NCBI GenBank assembly: GCA_046091055.1
Contig: JBJTAX010000044.1
Location: 1 to 25,109 of the forward strand
Length of the DNA stretch: 25,109 bases
Source of the DNA: Verrucomicrobiota bacterium
GTDB taxonomy: Bacteria; Verrucomicrobiota; Verrucomicrobiia; Opitutales; UBA953
Direction: 5' to 3'
Positions 1-7,880 of the stretch are shown in pieces (position 1 is the stretch's first letter; each line of letters opens with the position of its first letter). The position numbers and the translations under genes are program-made. The notes under the pieces were generated by a model that saw nothing but the letters and a program-made list of their open reading frames with translations, did not search any database and was not told the origin of the DNA.

Positions 1-2478
1 GGCCAGCTCGGCGACCTCATCCTCAAGACCTACAAGCACTGCGGCCGCGAGGCTTCGATCCCCGTCCTCGACGCGCTCAAGGAGACCGGCTTCCGCATCG
101 CGACCAAGGCCGGCATCTCCATCGGCGTGAACGACATGATCAACCCGAAGGAGAAGGACGGCCTCGTCCGCGTAGCCACCCCCAAGGTCCGCGAAGTCCA
201 GCGCCAGAACGCATCCGGCACGAGCACCACCGACGAACGCCGCAACAAGGTCGTCGACACCTGGTCCGGCGCCACCGACGCCATCGCGCAGTCGGTGTAC
301 ACGACGCTTTCGCAGTCCGCGAAGGTGGCCGGCGCGAAGAAAGGCGACCCCCGCCATGCCCATCGCATGCTCATCAACCCGGTGTACGTCCTCATGGACT
401 CCGGCGCGCGCGGCAACAAGGCGCAGGTGAAGCAGCTCTGCGGCGCCCGCGGCCTGATGGCGAAGCCCTCCGGCGAGATCATCGAACGCCCGATCCTTTC
501 GTCCTTCCGCGAAGGCCTCTCGGTCCTCGAGTACTTCATCTCGACGCACGGCGCCCGCAAGGGCCTGTCCGACACCGCGCTGAAGACCGCCGACGCCGGT
601 TACATGACCCGCAAGCTCTGCGACGTGGCCATGGACGTCATCGTCACGGATTCCCGCGACGTCGCCCCCGGCTCCGAAGTCATCACGCTCGGCGAAGCCG
701 CCCTCGGGCGTCACCTGGCCGCCGACGTCCCGAATCCGTCCGGCGCCGCCAAGGCCTTGGCCAAGTCCGAGGCTCCGCTCACCGAAGAGCTCATCGCCAA
801 GCTGCGCGACGCCGGCGTCGACCGCGTCCACGTCCACATCCCGAACGGCGTGTGGAAGACCCCGATCTACGACGGCGACGAACTGCTGGTGTCGCTCTCC
901 GAGCGCATCGTCGGCCGCTGCCCGTCCGAGGACGTCGCCAATCCGCTCAATCCCGCCGAGATCATCGTGAAGGCCGGCGAACTCATCGACGAAGCCTCCG
1001 CGAAGCGCATCGAGACCGTCGGCCTCGACCGCGTCAAGGTGCTCTCGCCGCTCACGCACATGAACGTGAACGCGATCCCGCCCACCTCCTACGGCCTCGA
1101 TCCGTCGACCGGCCGGATGGTCGAGCGCGGCACCGCCGTCGGCATCATCGCCGCCCAGTCCATCGGCGAGCCGGGCACCCAGCTGACCATGCGCACGTTC
1201 CACATCGGCGGCGTCGCGCAGCTGAAGACCCCCGAGATCAAGTCCAAGGGCAAGGGCCTCGTCCAGTACGTGGACCTCACCACGGTCGCCGTCGGCGACA
1301 AGTTCATCGCCGTCAACGGCAACGGGTCGATCCGCCTCCTCAACGAGGCCGGTTCGCCGACCGAGGAATACCGCATCGTCGCCGGCTCCGTCGTCGGCGT
1401 CGAGGACGGCAAGCCCGTCGACAAGGGCGCGCTCATCGCCGCGTGGGATCCGAATTCCACCCCGATCATCGCCAACGGCGACGGCAAGATCCGCCTGGTC
1501 GACATGATCTCCGGAGTGACCTTCACCGAGGAACGCGATCCGTCCAACAACACGTTCTACAAGTCCGTCATCGAGCACTCCGACGAGCAGAACCCGCAGA
1601 TCCAGATCATCGCCGCCAACGGCAAGGAGGTCGGCTCCTTCTCGATCCCCGCCGGCGCCCGCGTCGAGGTGGACGAAGGCGACAAGGTCAGCCGCGGTTC
1701 CATCGTCGCCAAGATCCCCCGCCAGGCCGCCAAGACCCAGGACATCACCGCCGGCCTTCCGCGCATCTCCGAGCTCTTCGAGGCCCGTCCGCCCAAGGAC
1801 GCCGCCGAGATCGCCAAGATCGACGGCACGGTCCGCTTCGAGCCTTCCGTCCGCGGCAAGAAGCGCCTCGTGATCGCCGACTCCATCGGCCGCGAAGAGG
1901 AGCATCTCATCCCGCACGGGAAGCACATCATCGTCGCCGCCGGCGACAAGGTGAAGCAAGGCCAGGTGCTGACCGACGGCGCCGTCGATCCCCATGACAT
2001 CCTCGACATCCTCGGTCAGTCCAAGGTGCAGGATTACCTCATCACCGAGATCCAGAAGGTGTACCGGACCCAGGGCGTCGTCATCAACGACAAGCACATC
2101 GAGATCATCGTCTCGCGCATGCTCCGCAAGGTCCGTATCACCGAGCCGGGAGACTCCGACTACCTCTGGGGTGAGCAGGTGGACCGCACGCTCCTCGCCG
2201 AGAACAACCGCTCCATCAACGAACGCGGCGGCCAGATCGCCGAGTCCGAGCCGATCCTCCTGGGCATCACCAAGGCCTCCCTCGAGACCGAGTCGTTCAT
2301 CTCGGCCGCCTCCTTCCAGGAGACGACCCGAGTCCTGACCGACGCCGCCACGATGGCCAAGCGCGACAACCTGACCGGCTTCAAGGAGAACGTGATCATG
2401 GGTCACCTTGTCCCAGCCGGAACGGGATTACCTGCCTATCGCCGGATTCGCGTCTTCCAGACCCAGGTGGAAGCCTGA
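1..2478 (+). CDS. rpoC: DNA-directed RNA polymerase beta' subunit, 5'-truncated by the window edge
   Basis: Frame 1 is open from base 1 (GQLGDLILKTYKHCG...). It contains the hallmark motifs DSGARG, SFREGLSVLEYFISTHGARKGLSDTALKTADAGYMTRKL (bridge helix), AAQSIGEPGTQLTMRTFHIGG (trigger loop), DITAGLPRISELFEAR and SFISAASFQETTRVLT...GFKENVIMGHLVPAGTG. Confidence 0.99.
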   Translation, partial: GQLGDLILKTYKHCGREASIPVLDALKETGFRIATKAGISIGVNDMINPKEKDGLVRVATPKVREVQRQNASGTSTTDERRNKVVDTWSGATDAIAQSVYTTLSQSAKVAGAKKGDPRHAHRMLINPVYVLMDSGARGNKAQVKQLCGARGLMAKPSGEIIERPILSSFREGLSVLEYFISTHGARKGLSDTALKTADAGYMTRKLCDVAMDVIVTDSRDVAPGSEVITLGEAALGRHLAADVPNPSGAAKALAKSEAPLTEELIAKLRDAGVDRVHVHIPNGVWKTPIYDGDELLVSLSERIVGRCPSEDVANPLNPAEIIVKAGELIDEASAKRIETVGLDRVKVLSPLTHMNVNAIPPTSYGLDPSTGRMVERGTAVGIIAAQSIGEPGTQLTMRTFHIGGVAQLKTPEIKSKGKGLVQYVDLTTVAVGDKFIAVNGNGSIRLLNEAGSPTEEYRIVAGSVVGVEDGKPVDKGALIAAWDPNSTPIIANGDGKIRLVDMISGVTFTEERDPSNNTFYKSVIEHSDEQNPQIQIIAANGKEVGSFSIPAGARVEVDEGDKVSRGSIVAKIPRQAAKTQDITAGLPRISELFEARPPKDAAEIAKIDGTVRFEPSVRGKKRLVIADSIGREEEHLIPHGKHIIVAAGDKVKQGQVLTDGAVDPHDILDILGQSKVQDYLITEIQKVYRTQGVVINDKHIEIIVSRMLRKVRITEPGDSDYLWGEQVDRTLLAENNRSINERGGQIAESEPILLGITKASLETESFISAASFQETTRVLTDAATMAKRDNLTGFKENVIMGHLVPAGTGLPAYRRIRVFQTQVEA
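676..1044 (+). repeat. Diverged in-frame tandem duplication of a 54-aa segment within rpoC (copies 676-837 and 883-1044)
   Basis: Gapless manual alignment of EVITLGEAALGRHLAADVPNP...AGVDRVHVH with LLVSLSERIVGRCPSEDVANP...VGLDRVKVL gives 16/54 identities at an offset of 207 nt. Confidence 0.8.
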
Positions 2479-2500
2479 GGTAGGTCCCGCAGCCCCCTCC

Positions 2501-2534
2501 AGACCCCGCCCGATTGGGTGGGGTCTTTGTTTTT
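2501..2534 (+). terminator. Intrinsic terminator after rpoC
   Basis: AGACCCCGCCC-GATT-GGGTGGGGTCT forms an 11-bp stem (one G-U pair), followed by TTGTTTTT, 22 nt after the rpoC stop. Confidence 0.85.
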
Positions 2535-2608
2535 GAGCCTTACCGGTCTCTTTGGGGGTTGCTGACCTGCCCCAAAAGCTTATCAAGTCCTGACCCCTAG
2601 TCATCCCT

Positions 2609-3877
2609 ATGTCTCGCTTCCTCCTCGCTGCTTCGGCCCTCGTGCTTTCCTCCGCCGCCCAAGGCGCCAACTGGATTCCGACCTCGCCGTTGATTCAGAT
2701 CGGCAACGACTGCGATATCGTCTTCAACGCCTCCACCCAACTGGAGGTCACCGACAACCTATACTCGGGGTCCGTCAAGAAGTCCGCCACCAGCTGGCTC
2801 CTGACCCCGGGTCTCGCCCTCGAGTACGGGCAGGACTCGGCCCTCACGGTTCAATTCAAGGCCAGCCGGATGTTCGTCAATTTCGCCGGCGCGGAGTTCA
2901 ACGGCCTCGAAGACGATCGTGACGCCCTCAGCCTGGCCGTCACTTTCGCCGACGGCGGCCCGCTCAAGCTTTCGCTCAATTCCTCCTATCGCGTCACCGC
3001 CCGTAACGACGACCTCCAGATGCAAGGCGTCGGACCGGGCGTGATCGGCGCGACGCTCGTCCGTCAGGCCAACTATTCGCATAACATAAGGGCCGATTAC
3101 AAGCTCACGGAGCGTCTCAGCATCGGATTGGGCTATGGTAACACCTTCAACCAATACCTCGATCCCGTCACTTTGGTTTCCGGCGGCCTTTCGACCTACA
3201 ACACCAATCCGCTGACCGAGCTCAACACGCAGTCGATGCCCCTCAGCTTCGATTATCAGGCCTTCGAGAAGCTCCGCTTCGGCCTCGTCTTGCAGCATGA
3301 CGTCACCGATTTTTCCGCCGCGCCTTATCTGAGCTCCGGCACCGGCGCGGTCAACCCGCGCCCCGCCTTGCAGAACCAGCGCCTCGAGAAGGATTTCTAC
3401 GGCCTCACCGCCAACGGCCAGCTGACCGAATCGGGCAAGCTGACCGGCGTCATCCGCGTCGGTTTCAACCGCTTCAATTACGACAATAATCCGTCGCAGA
3501 CCAATCCCTCCTACTCGATCGCCTTGACCCACGCCCTCGCCGAACGACTCAGCCATTCCCTGACCCTCGGCCGGGACATCTCCGCGTCGACCACCAACGG
3601 CCGCATAGACACCCGGAGCTATAATTACGGTCTCACCTACGCCGCCGCGGAGGACCTGGATTTGAAGCTCTCGGTCGCCAAGAGCGACGTCGAGGTCGAG
3701 GCCAACAGCCTGACCACCACCATCGATACCTGGACCTACGTACTCAGCGCGAATTACAACTATTCGGCCCATTGGAGTTTCCAGGCCTCCTACAACTTCA
3801 CCGACGCCAAGGCCTCCAACGCGTCGTCGACGTTCGACGCCAACACTTTCACGGTATCGGCCGCCTTCCGGTACTGA
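2609..3877 (+). CDS. Outer-membrane beta-barrel protein associated with polysaccharide export (BBP2/EpsX/VpsM-like), 422 aa
   Basis: N-terminal signal peptide (MSRFLLAASALVLSSAAQGA), a TDNLY...LLTPGLALEYG motif, alternating amphipathic strands rich in Y/N/S/T and a C-terminal beta-signal FTVSAAFRY. Lies directly upstream of the OPX and Wzc genes. Confidence 0.8.
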   Translation: MSRFLLAASALVLSSAAQGANWIPTSPLIQIGNDCDIVFNASTQLEVTDNLYSGSVKKSATSWLLTPGLALEYGQDSALTVQFKASRMFVNFAGAEFNGLEDDRDALSLAVTFADGGPLKLSLNSSYRVTARNDDLQMQGVGPGVIGATLVRQANYSHNIRADYKLTERLSIGLGYGNTFNQYLDPVTLVSGGLSTYNTNPLTELNTQSMPLSFDYQAFEKLRFGLVLQHDVTDFSAAPYLSSGTGAVNPRPALQNQRLEKDFYGLTANGQLTESGKLTGVIRVGFNRFNYDNNPSQTNPSYSIALTHALAERLSHSLTLGRDISASTTNGRIDTRSYNYGLTYAAAEDLDLKLSVAKSDVEVEANSLTTTIDTWTYVLSANYNYSAHWSFQASYNFTDAKASNASSTFDANTFTVSAAFRY

Positions 3878-4042
3878 TCTCGGGTCTTCCTCCGGATGTC
3901 GCCTTTCCGACGAATGGTGACGCTTCTCGCCGGCCGCCGACTTCTTTGCCGCCGTCCGGTCCGGTTGGCTTTTACTCGGGTCACCCCCGTTCACGTCCCC
4001 GGACCGTTTGACCGATTCCCCGCCGAACCCCAACATCCTTCC

Positions 4043-4774
4043 ATGCTTGACGCCTTCGTCCGATTCCTCGGCGCCACATGCGCCGCCGTGATGCTGACGG
4101 CCTGCGCCGTCTCCGGCGGGGCCAGCCCGGAAGCCGGCGCCACCGGAACCGACAAGGTGCCGACGGTCGGCCAGGCCTCGCCCGATTCCGCCCCTGCGGC
4201 GGCTGCTCCGCCCTCCGATGGGCGCGTGGTCACTGCCGCCCCGGCCACGCCCCCGGCCGAGACGGCCGACGGACAGAACAGTTACCGGCTGCGGGCGCGT
4301 GATTTCATCCGGGTCTTCGTGATCAACGAACCGGACACCCAGATCGAGCGGCGCATCAATCCGGACGGCACCATCGACATCCCTTTCCTGAAGAAGCTCG
4401 TCCCTGTGGCGGGACTGACCTTGACGCAGGCCCAGGTCGAGCTGGCCGGCCAGTTCAGGCTTTATTTCAAGAAGCCGCAGGTCGCGATCTCCATCGTCAG
4501 TTACGCCGAGCGTCGCGTGTATGTCTCCGGATACGTCGGCCGGCCTGGTCCGATCGCGATTCCGCCGGAGGAGACGATCACCCTCGGCCGGGCGCTCGCG
4601 ATGGCCGGCGGCATCCTTCCGCGCGGTAATCGTTCCGAGGTCACCATCAAGCGGGCCCGCCAAGGGTCTCCTCTGGTGATCACCAAGGACGTGCGCCGGA
4701 TCGACGACGGCGACGAGCCGGATTTCGTGCTTGAGGACGAGGACCAGATCTACGTCCGCGACAGCCGCATCTGA
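4043..4774 (+). CDS. Short OPX polysaccharide export lipoprotein (Poly_export domain + one SLBB domain, no C-terminal membrane helix), 243 aa
   Basis: Start re-picked at 4043 (MLDAFVRF...MLTAC lipobox). Poly_export domain YRLRARDFIRVFV...INPDGTIDIPFL and SLBB domain VYVSGYVGRPG...TLGRALAMAGG. Ends at EDEDQIYVRDSRI. Confidence 0.9.
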   Translation: MLDAFVRFLGATCAAVMLTACAVSGGASPEAGATGTDKVPTVGQASPDSAPAAAAPPSDGRVVTAAPATPPAETADGQNSYRLRARDFIRVFVINEPDTQIERRINPDGTIDIPFLKKLVPVAGLTLTQAQVELAGQFRLYFKKPQVAISIVSYAERRVYVSGYVGRPGPIAIPPEETITLGRALAMAGGILPRGNRSEVTIKRARQGSPLVITKDVRRIDDGDEPDFVLEDEDQIYVRDSRI

Positions 4775-4781
4775 CCTTACC

Positions 4782-7100
4782 ATGCCTACCCCCGATCCCG
4801 CTTCCGACCCGCGTCAACCGGGGCCTGCCCGACGTGGCTCCAGGTCTTACGGTCCTTATGGCGCCTATGGTCCTCCCGGGCCCGGAGGCCAGGGCTATGG
4901 TTATGGCGGTTACGGCGGTTACGGTGGTTACGGCGGTTACGGACCTGAAGGCCGTCACCCCGGCGGCTCCGGCAAGCCGGGAGGTTCGAGCAACCCGTTC
5001 GCGGCTTACCTCGTCATGTTGCGTGAGCGTTATTGGTGGGTCATCCTGTCGGTGCTCGTCTTCCTGACCTTGTCCTTGCTGGATACTTTCAACACGAGGG
5101 CGGAATACCGGGCGACAGGTCGCCTGCGGGTCTTCCGGCTCACCCCGAACATCAACGGAGGCAACTCCTCCGCCGAAGACAACTTCAAGATCGTCTCCAA
5201 CGACGACTTCTTCACCTCCGTCGAGGCGATGCGCAGCGCCAACATCATCGAGGGCGTCGCCAAACGGCTGACGACCGCCGAGCGCAAGCTGGTCCTCGAG
5301 CCCTACCAGGCCGGCAACATCTTCTCCGGTCCGTTGACCGAGCAGGAGGTCTTCGCGAAGCAGCGCGGCATCACGCCTCAGCGCCAGACACTGATCGTCA
5401 ACAGCGAATTCACCCATCCCAACCGCGACCTGGCCCGCCAGGTCGCCCGCCTGTTCTGCGAATCGATCCAGAAGTACAGCGAGGACGAGCGCCTCATCGT
5501 CACCAACCCGCTCGTCGAGAAGGCCCGCATCGAGATCGAGACGCTGGACGAAAAGGTCCGCGGGCTCTACGAGCAGAAGAACCAGCTCATCAAGACGCAG
5601 AAGCTCCTTTCCATCGCGAAGGACACCAATACCCTGACCACCGAGCGTTCCGTCCTCGTCAAGGACCGCGAAGAGACCCGCAAGCAGATCGATGAGAACG
5701 AGATCCTCGTCTCCGTCATCGCCGCGTACGAGAAGGAAGTTCGCCCGATCGGGGATATCCCGCAGATCCGGGCCGACGCCGACGTGGCGGCCGCCCAGAC
5801 CGGCATCGCCGCCTCGAAGATCCGCATCGGGCAGATGATGGAGACCTACACCGAGCAGCACCCCAAGCTCGTGGCCGAACGCGAGGCCCTCAACCAGCTG
5901 GAGCGTCAGTCAAAGGACGCCGTCGCGCAGGCCGTGAAATCCCGCCGGGCCGCGCTCGAGAACGCCAAGGCCAGGCATGAGGCGATCCTCCGCAACCTCG
6001 CCGCCAAGGAAGAGGAGATCTCCAAGCTCCAGGCCGCCAACGTCGAGCTGGAGCGCGTGGACAAGGAGGTCCGCGCCGGCGAAGAGTTCCTTTCCCGCCA
6101 GAAGCTCAACTACGAGGAGGCCAAGCTGCGTTCCTCGACCTCCGGCACGAGCACCTCGATCCGCATCCTGGACCTGCCTTCGGTTTCCGACAAGCCCATC
6201 AACAAGAACTATTATTTGAGCGCCCTCATCGGCGTCGGCATCGGCTTGGTCTTCGGCATCGTGCTCGCCGTCGTGCTCGGCACGCTCGACGACCGCATCA
6301 AATCGGCGCGGGACGTCGAAGGCTCCTTGGGCCTGCCGCTCATCGGCACCGTGCCCCAGGTCCTCCGCGTGACCGGTCCCGACCGGGCCCTGCTCGGCCG
6401 TCAGGACAAGGACCGCATCGCCGTGGAAGCGATTTCTTCGATCTACTCCGCGCTCAAGGTCAACCCGGCCGTCTCTAAGGCGCGCGTCTTCCTGACCACC
6501 TCGACGCGCCCCGGGGAAGGGAAGACCTTCGTCACGACCAACCTCGCCTTGGTCTTCGCCCAGAATGCCGAGCGCGTGCTCGTGATCGACGCCGACCTGC
6601 GTCTGCCGAACGTCGGTCCTTCCTTGGGCCTGAAAGGCGACGCCGGCCTGAGCAGCTGGTTCAACGGCGAGATCTCCCTCGAGGAGGCCACCGTCCGCGA
6701 CGTCGCCCCTGGCCTTGACGTCATCCCGGTCGGGATGGCCTGCAAGAATCCCACCCAGGTGATCAACCACCCGAAGTTCCTCGCCTTGATCGACGAGCTC
6801 CGGGGCCGGTACGACCGGATCTTCATCGACTCTCCGCCGATCGGCGCGGTCTCCGACGCCCTCCATCTCCTGCGACGGGCCGACGGCGTGATCTACGTCA
6901 TCCGCTACAACAACGTCAATCTCCGCCATGCCGTCGCCTGCCTCGGGAGGTTGCGCGAAGCCCATGCCCGCGTATTGGGCGTGGTCCTCAACGCGATGTC
7001 GATGCGCATGGCCTCGGACTACACCGACACCTACGACTCGTCTTACCGCAAGTATTACGTCGACGAGCCGTCCGGCCAGGATGACCGGCCCCGCGCCTGA
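4782..7100 (+). CDS. wzc: Wzc/GumC-type polysaccharide co-polymerase with fused BY-kinase, 772 aa
   Basis: Two TM segments (WWVILSVLVFLTLSLL; LSALIGVGIGLVFGIVLAVVLG) flank a coiled-coil periplasmic region. Walker A STRPGEGKT, A' VLVIDADLR, B IFIDSPP, and a C-terminal Tyr cluster DYTDTYDSSYRKYY. ATG at 4782 is 7 nt after the OPX stop. Confidence 0.95.
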   Translation: MPTPDPASDPRQPGPARRGSRSYGPYGAYGPPGPGGQGYGYGGYGGYGGYGGYGPEGRHPGGSGKPGGSSNPFAAYLVMLRERYWWVILSVLVFLTLSLLDTFNTRAEYRATGRLRVFRLTPNINGGNSSAEDNFKIVSNDDFFTSVEAMRSANIIEGVAKRLTTAERKLVLEPYQAGNIFSGPLTEQEVFAKQRGITPQRQTLIVNSEFTHPNRDLARQVARLFCESIQKYSEDERLIVTNPLVEKARIEIETLDEKVRGLYEQKNQLIKTQKLLSIAKDTNTLTTERSVLVKDREETRKQIDENEILVSVIAAYEKEVRPIGDIPQIRADADVAAAQTGIAASKIRIGQMMETYTEQHPKLVAEREALNQLERQSKDAVAQAVKSRRAALENAKARHEAILRNLAAKEEEISKLQAANVELERVDKEVRAGEEFLSRQKLNYEEAKLRSSTSGTSTSIRILDLPSVSDKPINKNYYLSALIGVGIGLVFGIVLAVVLGTLDDRIKSARDVEGSLGLPLIGTVPQVLRVTGPDRALLGRQDKDRIAVEAISSIYSALKVNPAVSKARVFLTTSTRPGEGKTFVTTNLALVFAQNAERVLVIDADLRLPNVGPSLGLKGDAGLSSWFNGEISLEEATVRDVAPGLDVIPVGMACKNPTQVINHPKFLALIDELRGRYDRIFIDSPPIGAVSDALHLLRRADGVIYVIRYNNVNLRHAVACLGRLREAHARVLGVVLNAMSMRMASDYTDTYDSSYRKYYVDEPSGQDDRPRA
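4899..4943 (+). repeat. Five tandem 9-bp units GGTTAYGGN encoding (GYG)5
   Basis: ggttatggc ggttacggc ggttacggt ggttacggc ggttacgga, read directly. Confidence 0.95.
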
Positions 7101-7106
7101 CTTCCC

Positions 7107-7874
7107 ATGCGCCGGCTTTTCTTCCTGTCCGCCCTGTTCCTCGCCGGTTGCCAGACCGCGCCGGTCACCGGGCGTTCCCAGTTCATCCTCGTCGACGAGG
7201 CCGACGTCGCCTCGCTCTCCGCGGCGGAGTTCTCGAAGATGAAGAAGCTGCCCGCCGACCCTCGCCTGCCGAAGCTGCGCGAGATCGGCCTCAAGATCGT
7301 CGCGGCGGCCCGGCGCGACGACAAGGCGGGCGTCCTGCCGCCGGCTTCGCGGTGGGAGTTCGCCGTCATCGACGACAAGTCGCCCAACGCCTTCGCGATG
7401 CCGGGCGGCAAGATCGGCTTCCATACGGGCATGTTCGCCTTCGCTCCCACCGACGCCGACCTCGCGGTCATCCTCGGCCATGAGGTTGCCCACGTCATCT
7501 GCCGCCATGGCGCGGAGCGCGTCTCTCAGGCCGTCGGCGTGGCGATGGCCGCCGCGGTCGCCGATGAGGCGACGAAGAATTCCTCGGCGAAGACCCGCTC
7601 GGCCTGGATGGCCGCGGTGGGCGTGGGAGCCCATTACGGCGTCCTGCTGCCTTTCAGCCGCGGTCATGAATCCGAGGCCGACCGACTAGGCCTGCTCTTC
7701 ATGGCCCGCGCGGGCTATGACCCGGCCGCCGCCCCGGCGTTCTGGACGCGTTTCGGCCAGGCTGGCGCGAAGCCGCCTGAATTCCTTTCGACGCACCCGT
7801 CGGACGCGACGCGCGTGCGCCAGCTGCAGTCCTGGTTGCCCGAAGCCCGCGCGCAGATGCCGAAGCGCCTTTGA
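7107..7874 (+). CDS. M48-family zinc metallopeptidase lipoprotein (LoiP/YcaL/BepA-like), 255 aa
   Basis: Lipobox FLAGC, NAFAMPGGKI, HEVAH zinc motif, FSRGHESEADRLG and FLSTHPSDATR. Confidence 0.93.
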   Translation: MRRLFFLSALFLAGCQTAPVTGRSQFILVDEADVASLSAAEFSKMKKLPADPRLPKLREIGLKIVAAARRDDKAGVLPPASRWEFAVIDDKSPNAFAMPGGKIGFHTGMFAFAPTDADLAVILGHEVAHVICRHGAERVSQAVGVAMAAAVADEATKNSSAKTRSAWMAAVGVGAHYGVLLPFSRGHESEADRLGLLFMARAGYDPAAAPAFWTRFGQAGAKPPEFLSTHPSDATRVRQLQSWLPEARAQMPKRL

Positions 7875-7880
7875 GCCGGC

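Noticed and set aside
310-375. Odd RpoC segment SQSAKVAGAKKGDPRHAHRML
   Set aside because: Corresponds to a loop that is variable in length and sequence across bacteria.
1219-1734. Large insertion in the RpoC trigger loop
   Set aside because: Known lineage-specific SI3-type insertion; not novel.
852-1997. 381-aa alternate-frame ORF in rpoC, and similar ones (22438-23427, 10174-10995, 5033-5695)
   Set aside because: Arg/Pro/Gly-rich off-frame read-through expected in high-GC coding DNA; fully overlaps well-supported genes.
2476-2487. TGAGGTAGGTCC as a possible ops/JUMPStart element for the export operon
   Set aside because: Poor match to GGCGGTAGnnTG, overlaps the rpoC stop, and no RfaH-like gene is in view.
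3896-4042. 49-codon N-terminal extension of the OPX in the ORF track
   Set aside because: It would bury the lipoprotein signal; ATG 4043 gives a normal signal peptide and lipobox.
2759-4783. Long antisense ORFs (674 aa here; also 5910-7667, 7923-9707, 14057-15520, 16595-18148, 20948-22495)
   Set aside because: Shadow ORFs caused by GC3 bias on the opposite strand; no recognisable motifs.
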